Shown here: positions 1 through 13,162 of the stretch, piece after piece
Layout: each line of letters starts with the position of its first letter
Numbering within the stretch: position 1 is the first letter of the stretch
Origin: Gammaproteobacteria bacterium
Lineage (GTDB): Bacteria; Pseudomonadota; Gammaproteobacteria; Magnimaribacterales; D2472
Assembly (NCBI GenBank): GCA_002721465.1
Contig: PBKO01000015.1
Coordinates: 31,700-90,253 of the forward strand
Length of the DNA: 58,554 nt
Direction: 5' to 3'
Program-made: the position numbers and the translations under genes
The notes under the pieces: generated by a model
Database searches by the model: none
Seen by the model: only the letters and a program-made list of their open reading frames with translations
What the model was told of the DNA's origin: nothing

Positions 1-177
1 GAAGTCATGAACATCACAGATTCAAAAAATATACCTTATATGGGTTGGCAATATGAAGAGAGTATTTTTTGGCCAGAAGAAAAACCTAGCTGGACTGCAG
101 CTGCTTTAATTTTAGCCGCTGACACTATTTTTGAATTTACTGCAGGCTCAGATCTTTTTACAAAGAACCAATTATGA
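1..177 (+). CDS. 3' end of an unidentified CDS entering from upstream of the window (last 58 codons)
   Basis: Frame 1 is open from base 1 to TGA at 175-177 (..GWQYEESIFWPEEKPSWTAAALILAAD..). It is below the ORF-track length cut-off. I cannot assign any motif. Confidence 0.3.
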   Translation, partial: EVMNITDSKNIPYMGWQYEESIFWPEEKPSWTAAALILAADTIFEFTAGSDLFTKNQL

Positions 178-774
178 TTTTATCAAACAAACAATAGTAT
201 CAGTCCTTTCAAAATCACTAAATCCATTTTGAAGAGCATAAAGATAAACTTCATATGGAGCTTGGCCTCCATCTTCTGGTTTTTCATATATATCATGAAT
301 TACAAGTGCGCCACCTGAAATTATCTTTTTATTCCAAAAAAGAAAATCTTTCATTGCGGACTCTAATGAATGACTTCCATCAATAAACACCATAGCAAGG
401 GGAGAATTCCAATTTTTTGCAGCAGCAGATGATTCTAAAACTATAGGTACTACATTCTTCACTTTAAAAATATTCATATTTTTTATAAATAATGGAAATG
501 TATTAATTATTTCTTTTTTGTAATCGTAAATTTCTTCATCAAAATATTCCTCGTTTAGCTGATGCTCTTCAGAACCTAAATGATGATCAACTGTGAAAAT
601 ATATCGATCATTATTAATGACACCTTTTGCGATATACAAAGTTGATTTCCCACAATATGTTCCAATCTCTAAAATATCACCTTTTAAAGAAAATTTTTGT
701 GACCATTTTGTAAGAGCTTTACCCTCATGTATCGGCATAAAGCCTTTTACTGAATCTATTTCGCTAACTTTCAT
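172..774 (-). CDS. class I SAM-dependent methyltransferase (Methyltransf_24 / TylF-like pattern)
   Basis: 200-aa ORF. EIGTYCGKST resembles the SAM-binding motif I region. FIDGSHSLES...GGALVIHDI matches the typical D-G-x-H..GG.ivfhD pattern. The start overlaps the lpxL-like stop by 4 nt. Confidence 0.75.
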   Translation of the reverse strand: MKVSEIDSVKGFMPIHEGKALTKWSQKFSLKGDILEIGTYCGKSTLYIAKGVINNDRYIFTVDHHLGSEEHQLNEEYFDEEIYDYKKEIINTFPLFIKNMNIFKVKNVVPIVLESSAAAKNWNSPLAMVFIDGSHSLESAMKDFLFWNKKIISGGALVIHDIYEKPEDGGQAPYEVYLYALQNGFSDFERTDTIVCLIKS

Positions 775-1643
775 TTATAAATATTATCTTTACCTAAAGT
801 AGATTTAAATCTTCTGTGTTGCCATAGATACTCGTGTGGACTCAAAATTATTTTGCTCTCAATATACTCATTAAGTTGTTTTGAAAATGATATTGAAGAT
901 GAATTATCTAATTTTAATTCTTCAATATTTATATTTAAAATATTTTGTTTGAAGAATGTATCTACAAAAAAAGTTTTACATTTTGTTTTTTTTACGATCT
1001 TTGAAGGAGCTGAGATGGTGCTTGCTGGGTTGTTAAAAAAATTTATTTCATTTGAATTTTTTGTTCCATAATCCTGATCTGGTGCATAGAGCACAGTTTT
1101 ACCACTTATTAACCATTTCATAAATCTGATTGCATTTCTTCTATCTGCAATCCCCTTTATACTTCTAAGCCTTCCATTTTTTTGAAGTTGTTCAAAAATT
1201 TCTGAATTATGATTTCTTTGAACACCATAAACTTCACAATTCATTGCTAATATTCTTGCGTCAAGCTCTAGGTGCAAGGAATGTTTGAAAAACATTAAAA
1301 TACCTGTTCCGCTATCTTGATGCTTTTTTAAATTTTTTAACCCATTGATCTTATATGGTATATTTTTATCAATTTTGGAATCAGACCAAAACCAAGCAAC
1401 ACCTGTATCAAATAAAACTCTCGCACTACTCATGATATTTTTTTTATAGATTTTATTTCTTTCTAATTCTGAATAATTTTTGAAACAAAGATCTATATTT
1501 ATCTTACTAAACTTATTTCTCTCAATATTTAAAAGTATGAGAACTTTTCCAATAATTGTTGATAAAAAAATCTGAAAACTTCTCGGTAACAACATTATTG
1601 TTTTCCAGAACAGTATAAGAATCGTAATTAATGTTCTATTCAT
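771..1643 (-). CDS. lpxL: lipid A biosynthesis (Kdo)2-lipid IVA acyltransferase, LpxL/LpxM (HtrB) family
   Basis: 290 aa with an N-terminal hydrophobic anchor. It has an H-x4-E acyltransferase motif (KHSLHLELD) and the C-terminal YLWQHRRFK family signature. It is divergent from waaA. Confidence 0.8.
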   Translation of the reverse strand: MNRTLITILILFWKTIMLLPRSFQIFLSTIIGKVLILLNIERNKFSKINIDLCFKNYSELERNKIYKKNIMSSARVLFDTGVAWFWSDSKIDKNIPYKINGLKNLKKHQDSGTGILMFFKHSLHLELDARILAMNCEVYGVQRNHNSEIFEQLQKNGRLRSIKGIADRRNAIRFMKWLISGKTVLYAPDQDYGTKNSNEINFFNNPASTISAPSKIVKKTKCKTFFVDTFFKQNILNINIEELKLDNSSSISFSKQLNEYIESKIILSPHEYLWQHRRFKSTLGKDNIYK

Positions 1644-1689
1644 AAGTCATTAGCATGTATTATTACACTATAAGCAATTTGAATTATTA

Positions 1690-3263
<1,574 letters not shown>

Positions 3264-3265
3264 AG

Positions 3266-4204
3266 ATCATAAATAATAAAAAGCCAATAATATTTTTATT
3301 TGGTCCTACCGCTTCCGGTAAGACAGAAATTGCAATAGAACTTTTAAAAAAATTTCCAATAGAAATTATAAGTGTTGATTCAGTAATGGTTTATAAGGAT
3401 TGTAATATTGGATCTGCAAAACCCAGTAAAAGTATTCTTAAAAAGTATAAGCATCACATGATAGATATTCTTGAGCCAAGTGAGCTTTTCACTGTTGCAG
3501 ATTTTTGCACAATTTCTAGAAACTTAGTCAAAAAAATACATCTTAAGAATAAAATTCCTTTATTTGTTGGTGGATCACTGATGTATTTTAAGTCCCTTAT
3601 GGATGGAATTCATGACTTACCAAAAAGAAATGAAGCGTATAGAAAAATTCTCCATGAAAAAAAGATTAAAAATGGCGACGATTATTTATTTAATATGTTG
3701 AAGGACCTAGATCTAAAATATTCATTAACTATTAATAAAAATGATGATGTAAGAATACTAAGGGCGTTAGAAATTATTCATGCAACTGATGAAAAACTTA
3801 GCAATATTCTATCTGAAAAACCAAAAAATAGTTTTAAGGATGATTTTACAATCTTTCATTTTGGAATAGAAAATGAAAGAGATATTCTTCATCAAAGAAT
3901 TGAAAAAAGATTAAAACAAATTATTGAAGCAGGTCTTATAGATGAGGTTATTTTTTTACTTGATAAATATCATATTCCTTTAGATCATCCTCTTAGAAAA
4001 GCAGTAAATTATAAGCAAGCCATTCATTACATAGAGAAAAAATATACTTTAAAAGAATTTGAACAAGAATGTTTATATGCAACAAGGCAACTAGCCAAAC
4101 GTCAAGTTACTTGGCTTCGAAGTTGGGATAAAAATAAGATCTATGATATAAACGATACAAATATAATGGAAAATAAATTTAAAAAGGCTATATCTTTACT
4201 TTAA
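3266..4204 (+). CDS. miaA: tRNA dimethylallyltransferase (start codon uncertain, non-canonical)
   Basis: The ORF-track ATG (3386) lies downstream of the essential P-loop GPTASGKT (3302-3325), which is in the same frame. The frame is open only from 3248 (in-frame TAA at 3245-3247) and contains no ATG, GTG or TTG before 3386. ATC 3266 and ATA 3269/3287/3290 are the only near-cognate options. The rest of the protein is typical MiaA (VDSVMVYKDCNIGSAKP, ..TRQLAKRQVTWLR). Confidence 0.8.
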   Translation: MINNKKPIIFLFGPTASGKTEIAIELLKKFPIEIISVDSVMVYKDCNIGSAKPSKSILKKYKHHMIDILEPSELFTVADFCTISRNLVKKIHLKNKIPLFVGGSLMYFKSLMDGIHDLPKRNEAYRKILHEKKIKNGDDYLFNMLKDLDLKYSLTINKNDDVRILRALEIIHATDEKLSNILSEKPKNSFKDDFTIFHFGIENERDILHQRIEKRLKQIIEAGLIDEVIFLLDKYHIPLDHPLRKAVNYKQAIHYIEKKYTLKEFEQECLYATRQLAKRQVTWLRSWDKNKIYDINDTNIMENKFKKAISLL

Positions 4205-4259
4205 ATCTAATAATAAGCCCCAACATATTATAAAATACATACTACAATGAGGTACTAAC

Positions 4260-5319
4260 GTGAATTGGGATAATCAAAATAAAGATCCATGGGGCAATAA
4301 GAATGATGCACCTGACTTTGATGAGTTAATGAGAAAGTTTTCATCTATTCTTGGTGGTGGTAAGAAATCATCCTCAAATGGTTCAGGATCAGGTTCAGGT
4401 CCAGGAAATGGTTTTAATTTTCCTCTATCAAGAGTCTTACTCTATGGCTTCTTTGCTTTTTCAATTGTTTATGCATCTCAGTGCATATATCAGCTTGATG
4501 CTTCAGAAAGGGCAGTCATCTTAAGATTTGGTAAATTTTACGAAGAACAAGAAGAAGGTTTAAATTTTAGACTTGCTGGTATCGATGAACGTTATATTGA
4601 AAATGTTTCTTTAACAAGAAGATATACGCAAACTAATAGTATGTTAACAAAGGATGAAAATATTGTAGATGTTACTGTTTCTGCTCAATACAGGATTGCA
4701 AACTTAAAAGACTTTGTTTTAAATGTAAGAGATCCAGAAGGAAGTTTAAGAAATGCCATTGAGAGTGCTCTAAGACATGTTGTAGGAGACAATACATTAG
4801 ATCAAACACTCACAGTTGGCAGAGAAAATATAGCACAAGAGGTTCAATCAAGGCTTCAGGAATACCTTGATATTTATCAGACTGGTCTATTGGTTCAGCA
4901 AGTTAATATTGAAAAAACTGACCCGCCTGCAGCTGTAAAAAATGCTTTTGATGATGTTGTAGCAGCAAGAGAGGACAAGGAAAGACTTCAAAATGAGGCA
5001 GAAAGATATGCTTTGTCAATTGTTCCCGAAGCAAGAGGGCAGGCACAAGCAAGAATAAGAGGAGCCGAAGCATACAAAGAGGAAGTTGTAGCAAAAGCCG
5101 AAGGTGAAGTTGAAAGGTTTAATCAATTATTAGCAGAGTACTCTAAAGCACCAGAAGTAACTAGAGATAGACTATATCTTGATGCGCTTCAGTCCGTGCT
5201 TTCAAATTCTACTAAAATCATGGTTGATGTTGAGGGTGGAAATAATCTGCTTTATTTACCACTTGACAAAATAATGGAAGAAAACAAGAAACAAGAAAAT
5301 TCTAGAACCTTAAGGAGAG

Positions 5320-5333
<14 letters not shown>
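4260..5333 (+). CDS. hflK: FtsH protease modulator HflK
   Basis: GTG start with GAGG 8 nt upstream. The N-terminus is Gly/Ser-rich (DPWG..GGGKK..GSGSGSGPG), followed by one TM segment and an SPFH/band-7 domain. Confidence 0.9.
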
Positions 5334-7424
<2,091 letters not shown>

Positions 7425-7426
7425 AT

Positions 7427-7834
7427 TTATTTTTTTATAAAATTATCTAGACTGGCGTTTATAAATTTATATGATTCTGGACTAGAAAATTTTTTCGATA
7501 ACCTAAGAGACTCATCAATTGCAATTAGTTTATCTAATTTTCCATAAAGTATTTCATTGATTGCAAAAAAAAGAATAGATTTATCTATAAGCTCAATGCT
7601 GGAGCTTTTAATATCTAACCCTTTAATTACTTCTTCAATTTTAAATTTATTCTTTTCTATTGATTTCAAAGAGTTACAAAACATCTTAAAATCAACTTTT
7701 TTAGATTTATGTTCTTGTTTAAATTGATTAATAATTTCCGATGTAGCTTGAGAATTGAACAAAAATTGAAATATAGCTTGAATTAAATATTCTCTTGTTT
7801 TTACAGATATTTTAAAATTAGCAAGATTTTTCAT
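7427..7834 (-). CDS. nusB: transcription antitermination factor NusB
   Basis: 135 aa and divergent, but the NusB-like C-terminus (AIDESLRLSKKFSSPESYKFINASLD) is recognisable. It is in the conserved position directly after ribH. Confidence 0.78.
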   Translation of the reverse strand: MKNLANFKISVKTREYLIQAIFQFLFNSQATSEIINQFKQEHKSKKVDFKMFCNSLKSIEKNKFKIEEVIKGLDIKSSSIELIDKSILFFAINEILYGKLDKLIAIDESLRLSKKFSSPESYKFINASLDNFIKK

Positions 7835-8222
7835 GTATTAAGCTTTTTAGAGCATTACAATTATTTAGAGTATTTTTTTCAATCCTCTCAACAAGCTGAG
7901 TTTCGTTTTCGATGCAAATAACATTATTTATAAAAGCTTTATCTGGATATTCTAAAGCTAAATTTCCAATTGACCTAAAGGTCTCTTGTGATACTAAATC
8001 ATAATGTGAGGTTTCTCCTCTTATAATAATCCCTAAAAATAAAACACCTGAGAAATTTTCCTTGCTTAAAGAGTTTTTTGCTAATGCTGCTAATTCAATT
8101 GCACCCGGAGCAGTCAAAAATTGAACGTCATATTCACTTTCAAAAGAAGTCTTGGAAATTTGGATCATTTTTTTTAAATGATCTTCATACCAAGATGTGC
8201 AAACTATAAGAATCTTACTCAT
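7818..8222 (-). CDS. ribH: 6,7-dimethyl-8-ribityllumazine synthase (short, divergent)
   Basis: 134 aa. APGAIELAALAK and GIIIRGETSHYDLVSQE align to the PGAFELP and GxVIRGxTxHFDYV cores. It occupies the conserved ribBA-ribH-nusB position. Confidence 0.72.
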   Translation of the reverse strand: MSKILIVCTSWYEDHLKKMIQISKTSFESEYDVQFLTAPGAIELAALAKNSLSKENFSGVLFLGIIIRGETSHYDLVSQETFRSIGNLALEYPDKAFINNVICIENETQLVERIEKNTLNNCNALKSLIHEKSC

Positions 8223-9294
8223 TTTTAAAACCAGTTATCTCAATATCAAAGCCAGAGACTGCGTTATATTTGGTCGGAGTTCCTAATACAGTTATTTTTT
8301 TTAAATTAAGAGCTCTTAATATTTGTGATCCAACACCTATGACCCTTCTATTTGTTTTTGGTTCAATCTCTTTTTTGGTTAGCTTATTCAACCAGTAACT
8401 TTTGGCATCTCTATGATTAATTAAAACAAATAAACCTGAGTCCTCCTCAGATATTCTTTTCAAAGAATTCCTTATAGACCAATTTTTTCCTAGCTCTTCT
8501 ATTCCGAGCATATCTTGAAGAATGCTTTGTGTCTGAACACGCACTAGAGGTGATTCTGCTTTTGATAAATCTCCTTTTGATAGTGAAAAATGATACTCGT
8601 CATAAATTTTATCGCGCCATACATTAAGAACAAATTCACCAAACTCATTTTTTACATTTTTTTCAACAACTGACTCAATAGTCGAATCAGTTGAAAGTCT
8701 ATAGTCAATAAGGTCAGCAATCGTTCCAACTTTGATGCTGTTTTCTTTTCCAAACTTTATGAGATCGTCTCTTCTTGCCATTGTCCCATCTTCATTCATT
8801 ATTTCACAAATTACTCCTGCTGGCTGGAGTCCAGCTAATTTTGATAAATCACACGCAGCTTCAGTATGACCAGCTCTACTAAGGACTCCTCCTTTCATGG
8901 CTTTTAGCGGAAACACATGTCCAGGTTGAACAATATCATCTGAGCTTGAATTTTTATTAACTGCAGTTTTAATAGTATGAGCTCTGTCCGCTGCAGAAAT
9001 TCCAGTTGTAATTCCTTCAGCAGCTTCAATAGAAACTGTAAAAGCTGTTTTATTTGCGGCACGATTATTACTAGTCATCATTTTAAGACCGAATTTTTTA
9101 CATAAATCTTGACTCATTGGAAGGCAAATCAGACCTTTACCTTTTGAAGCCATAAAATTTATAATTTCAGGAGTTATAAGCTCAGCTGCACAGACTAAAT
9201 CACCCTCATTTTCTCTAGACTCGTCATCAAGAATTATTACCATTTTTCCATCTTTAATATCTTGAATAATTTCTTGAGTGTTATTTTTATTCAT
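8215..9294 (-). CDS. ribBA: 3,4-dihydroxy-2-butanone-4-phosphate synthase fused to a degenerate GTP cyclohydrolase II-like domain (RibBX type)
   Basis: The N-terminal half has [14 protein letters not shown] and [12 protein letters not shown]-synthase motifs. The C-terminal half aligns to RibA but has no Cys at all after residue 163 ([11 protein letters not shown] in place of VRVHSECLTGD). Confidence 0.9.
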   Translation of the reverse strand: MNKNNTQEIIQDIKDGKMVIILDDESRENEGDLVCAAELITPEIINFMASKGKGLICLPMSQDLCKKFGLKMMTSNNRAANKTAFTVSIEAAEGITTGISAADRAHTIKTAVNKNSSSDDIVQPGHVFPLKAMKGGVLSRAGHTEAACDLSKLAGLQPAGVICEIMNEDGTMARRDDLIKFGKENSIKVGTIADLIDYRLSTDSTIESVVEKNVKNEFGEFVLNVWRDKIYDEYHFSLSKGDLSKAESPLVRVQTQSILQDMLGIEELGKNWSIRNSLKRISEEDSGLFVLINHRDAKSYWLNKLTKKEIEPKTNRRVIGVGSQILRALNLKKITVLGTPTKYNAVSGFDIEITGFKNE

Positions 9295-10295
9295 TTTTTG
9301 TATGTTTCTTTAATGTCATTATCAATTCTACAAGAGGATTCTAATTTAAAATCATATTTTTCAATAGCATTATTATCTTCAAACCAGTCAACTCCATCAC
9401 TACCTAATTCGATATTAGACCTATAAACAATAAGTTCATCAACTAAATTTGCTTTTAAAAATGAATTTACCAATTTAGGCCCTGCTTCAACTAATATTGA
9501 AGTTATCTCATCACGATAATAAGATTTTATAATCTTGTCTAAGTTCTTAGTTTTATGAATATCAACATTATTATCTTTAAAAAAATTATATGTTAAATCA
9601 AAAGATTTGTTTGTGAGAAGAATCTTTTTAGGCTGATTTAGTGAAAAATGAACTCTTGCGTTCATTCTAGGGTTGTCACTTCTTAGAGTATTTCCTCCAG
9701 TTAGAATGGCATCATGATTTGCTCTAACAATTTGGACATCTTTTTTAGATTCTTTTGAAGTTATATCTGTTTGTGAAATATTTGGGTAATGAGATTTGCC
9801 ATCCTTAGAGGATGCAATTTTAACAGTTATGTATGGTCTCTTATTTCGATGCTTAAAAAAAAAGGATTTGTTTTGTTGCTCTACGAGTTCATCTAAAATA
9901 CCAATTGTTACACTTACATCATTATCTTTTAAAATTTTTATACCCTTACCAGATACTTTTGGATTTGGATCAATTGACCCAATTATGACATTCTTAATCC
10001 CTGATTCGACAATTTTATGAGCGCAAGAGCCTGTCTTCCCAACATGACTACAGGGCTCAAGTGAACAAATGAGAGTAAGTTCAGAAAAATCTTTAAAAAT
10101 TTTTCCAATATTCTTCTTTGCGTTCTCAATTGCATTTATTTCAGCATGATTACATCCGTATTGTTCGTGACACCCTGAAGAAATTATTGATTCTTCTTTT
10201 AATAAAATAGCTCCAACAACTGGATTAGGCTTTGCTGTATATTTATATTTATCAGCATCATTAATAGCCTGAAGCATGAATTTTTTGTAATTCAT
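9291..10295 (-). CDS. ribD: bifunctional diaminohydroxyphosphoribosylaminopyrimidine deaminase / 5-amino-6-(5-phosphoribosylamino)uracil reductase
   Basis: 334 aa with the HAEINAI and SLEPCSH..TGSC zinc deaminase motifs, plus a C-terminal reductase domain. Confidence 0.9.
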   Translation of the reverse strand: MNYKKFMLQAINDADKYKYTAKPNPVVGAILLKEESIISSGCHEQYGCNHAEINAIENAKKNIGKIFKDFSELTLICSLEPCSHVGKTGSCAHKIVESGIKNVIIGSIDPNPKVSGKGIKILKDNDVSVTIGILDELVEQQNKSFFFKHRNKRPYITVKIASSKDGKSHYPNISQTDITSKESKKDVQIVRANHDAILTGGNTLRSDNPRMNARVHFSLNQPKKILLTNKSFDLTYNFFKDNNVDIHKTKNLDKIIKSYYRDEITSILVEAGPKLVNSFLKANLVDELIVYRSNIELGSDGVDWFEDNNAIEKYDFKLESSCRIDNDIKETYKK

Positions 10296-10771
10296 TTTTT
10301 ATTTTGTTTACTTGACGGCTTTTCTTTTTTAAGTGAATTAATCTCTTCTGAAAAATCTTTAATATCTTGAAAATCACGATAAACAGAAGCAAATCTTACA
10401 TAAGCAACACTATCAACTTGTTTTAGAGCATTCATCATTATTTCTCCAATTTCAATGGACTTTATCTCACGAACACCTCTTGTTCTAATTTCTTTTAAAA
10501 TTTTGCCAAAAACTGTATCTATTTCTTCAGTTGACAATGGCCTTTTTTCTAAAGCTCTCAACATACCTTTTTTTAATTTTGAGCCATTAAATGGTTGTCT
10601 CTCACCATTACTTTTGATAACTCTTGGAAGAGCAAGATCAATTGTTTCAAATGTTGTAAACCTTGAATGACAAATTTCACATTCTCTTCTTCTTCTTATT
10701 TGTGAACCATCTGCAACTAATCTGGAGTCAATCACCTTAGTATCTTCGGCTTGGCAGAAAGGACAATACAT
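10292..10771 (-). CDS. nrdR: transcriptional repressor NrdR
   Basis: MYCPFCQ..RRRRECEIC zinc ribbon followed by an ATP-cone (VAYVRFASVYRDF). Confidence 0.95.
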   Translation of the reverse strand: MYCPFCQAEDTKVIDSRLVADGSQIRRRRECEICHSRFTTFETIDLALPRVIKSNGERQPFNGSKLKKGMLRALEKRPLSTEEIDTVFGKILKEIRTRGVREIKSIEIGEIMMNALKQVDSVAYVRFASVYRDFQDIKDFSEEINSLKKEKPSSKQNKK

Positions 10772-12094
10772 TTATAAGTTATATACAGGAAAATTAATAG
10801 TTAGATTTCGTACTTCCTCTTTGATATTTTTTTGTAATTCTTCATTATCGAAGTCATTAATGATATTAGATATCCAATTACTAACTTGGATTATTTCTTT
10901 TTCTTTAAAGCCTCTAGTTGTTACTGCTGGCGTACCAATTCTTATTCCTGACGTAACAAATGGCGAGGCAGGATCATTTGGAACTGCATTTTTGTTTACA
11001 GTGATGTTCACAGATCCAAGAAGTTTTTCTAGATCTTTTCCAGTGATTCCTTTTTTTTGAAGATCAACCAAAACAATATGATTTTCAGTTCCATTGCTAA
11101 CGATATCAATACCATTAGAGATTAAAGTGGCTGCCATTATCTTGGCGTTATCTTTAACTTGCTTAATATAATTTTTAAATTCAGGATCTAATGCCTCTTT
11201 GAAGCATAAAGCTTTTGCAGCAACTACATGCATAAGTGGGCCCCCCTGAGATCCTGGAAAAACAGCTGAGTTAAGTTTTTTTTCAATTTCTTCATTTGCT
11301 TTAGCAAGAATGATTCCTGATCTTGGTCCTCTTAAAGTCTTATGTGTTGTTGAAGTTACTACATCTGCAAATGGAACAGGCGAAGGGTACAGATCAGCAG
11401 CAACTAATCCAGATACATGGGCCATATCAACTAAAAAATATGCACCAACTTCGTCAGCAATATCTCTAAATTTCTTCCAATCAATAATACCTGTAAATGC
11501 TGAGAATCCTGCAATTATTAGCTTAGGGTTATGTTCTTTTGCAAGAGATCTAACTTCTTCATAGTTAATATCATTAGTTTCTGGATGAAGCCCATACTGA
11601 AAGCTTTTATAGTTCCTGCCAGAAAAATTTACCTTTGATCCATGAGTAAGATGACCACCATGATCAAGACTCATTCCTAAAATAGTATCGTTCGGCTCTA
11701 ATAACGCAAGATATGCTGCTGCATTGGCTGAAGAGCCAGAATGAGGTTGAACATTTGCATAATCCGCTTTAAAAAGTTTTTTTGCTCTTTCAATTGCCAG
11801 ATTTTCAGCAATATCAACATTCTCACATCCACCATAATATCTCTTAGATGGATAGCCCTCTGCATATTTATTTGTTAATAGTGAACCTTGAGCTTCCAAA
11901 ATTCTTTTTGAAGCATAATTTTCAGATGCAATAAGTTCTATATGATCTTCTTGCCTTAAAGCTTCAAATTCAAAAGATTGCCATAATTCAGAGTCATAAT
12001 CTTTAATAGATTCTTCGTTAGAAAATATATTATCGCTTCTTGAAGATTTCGAAACATTTTTTGTAAAAATATTATAGCTTTTTGATTGTGTCAT
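10772..12094 (-). CDS. glyA: serine hydroxymethyltransferase
   Basis: [24 protein letters not shown] and the [17 protein letters not shown]-lysine motif are present. Confidence 0.96.
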   Translation of the reverse strand: MTQSKSYNIFTKNVSKSSRSDNIFSNEESIKDYDSELWQSFEFEALRQEDHIELIASENYASKRILEAQGSLLTNKYAEGYPSKRYYGGCENVDIAENLAIERAKKLFKADYANVQPHSGSSANAAAYLALLEPNDTILGMSLDHGGHLTHGSKVNFSGRNYKSFQYGLHPETNDINYEEVRSLAKEHNPKLIIAGFSAFTGIIDWKKFRDIADEVGAYFLVDMAHVSGLVAADLYPSPVPFADVVTSTTHKTLRGPRSGIILAKANEEIEKKLNSAVFPGSQGGPLMHVVAAKALCFKEALDPEFKNYIKQVKDNAKIMAATLISNGIDIVSNGTENHIVLVDLQKKGITGKDLEKLLGSVNITVNKNAVPNDPASPFVTSGIRIGTPAVTTRGFKEKEIIQVSNWISNIINDFDNEELQKNIKEEVRNLTINFPVYNL

Positions 12095-12142
12095 AATTTA
12101 TTTATAAAAATATTAATAGGATTTATCGTAATTTTATATTAT

Positions 12143-12796
12143 CTACGGCTTTTTGTGCACAAAAGGTTTTTTTCTTTTTGGATAACATGTTTTGCATATT
12201 GTACATTCAATACCGTGACATGATCTAGCCATACAATATTGACGGCCCCAAAAAATAATTTGCAAGTGAAGTTTATTCCATGATTCTTTTGGAAAAACTT
12301 TTTTTAAATCTTCCTCAGTCTTTTTTACACTCTTACCATTTGTGAGTCCCCATCTCTGCGCAAGTCTATGGATATGAGTATCAACTGCAAACGCAGGAAT
12401 ACCAAAACCTTGACTCATAACAACAGATGCTGTTTTATGCCCAACACCTGGTAATTTTTCAAGATCAGAAAAATTATTTGGAACATTAGAACTAAATTTT
12501 GTAACTAAAATCTTTGAAAGCTTAGAAATTGCCTTTGACTTTTGAGGACCTAATCCGCAAGGCTTAATAATTTTATATATTTTGTTAACAGATAGCTTAG
12601 ACATGCTTAGGGGGTCAGAAGCAATCGAAAATAAATTTGGAGTGACCTTATTAACTCTCTCATCGGTACATTGTGCTGATAAAAGTACAGCTATCAGCAA
12701 AGTAAAATTATTATTATGATCAAGAGGAATAGGAACTTCGGGGTAGGCCTTATCTAAAATTTCTCTAACAACATTTGCCCTTTCAGATTTAATCAT
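12143..12796 (-). CDS. nth: endonuclease III
   Basis: HhH-GPD motif (LPGVGHKTASVV..AVDTHIHR) and a C-terminal C-x6-C-x2-C-x5-C [4Fe-4S] cluster loop. Confidence 0.92.
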   Translation of the reverse strand: MIKSERANVVREILDKAYPEVPIPLDHNNNFTLLIAVLLSAQCTDERVNKVTPNLFSIASDPLSMSKLSVNKIYKIIKPCGLGPQKSKAISKLSKILVTKFSSNVPNNFSDLEKLPGVGHKTASVVMSQGFGIPAFAVDTHIHRLAQRWGLTNGKSVKKTEEDLKKVFPKESWNKLHLQIIFWGRQYCMARSCHGIECTICKTCYPKRKKPFVHKKP

Positions 12797-12828
12797 ATTA
12801 ATAAATGTAGCATAATATTTTCTTAATT

Positions 12829-13140
12829 ATGAATACAGATAAATTAAAGCAAAATCTTTTAAAGCTAAAAGATCTTTTCCTTGAAGAAACTGAAGAAAAT
12901 AAGAAGATGCTTGACATTTATATGAACTATCTAGAAGGGGATGCTACAGAGGATGACATTAGTAGTGCAAACAAACAATTAAAACAAATATTTAAGAGTT
13001 TGGGACTTGGTATGCTAGTAGTTCTTCCATTTAGTCCAATTTCCATTCCATATATTCTTAAAAAGGCAAAGGAATACGATATAGATCTCATACCAGACTG
13101 GTATAAAGCTTTAAGTAAAGATAAAGATAGACTAGAATAG
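12829..13140 (+). CDS. hypothetical small protein with one central hydrophobic segment
   Basis: 103-aa ORF in its own 300-bp slot between divergent nth and the thiolase gene. The N-terminus is acidic, and the segment GLGMLVVLPFSPISIPYIL is hydrophobic. No family is recognised. Confidence 0.5.
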   Translation: MNTDKLKQNLLKLKDLFLEETEENKKMLDIYMNYLEGDATEDDISSANKQLKQIFKSLGLGMLVVLPFSPISIPYILKKAKEYDIDLIPDWYKALSKDKDRLE

Positions 13141-13162
13141 TCTTCTATTTTATGGAGTAATT

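Noticed and set aside
3386-3388. ATG 3386 as the miaA start (ORF-track call)
   Set aside because: It would remove the in-frame, perfectly conserved P-loop GPTASGKT and the following conserved helix, so the true start must lie upstream (see finding).
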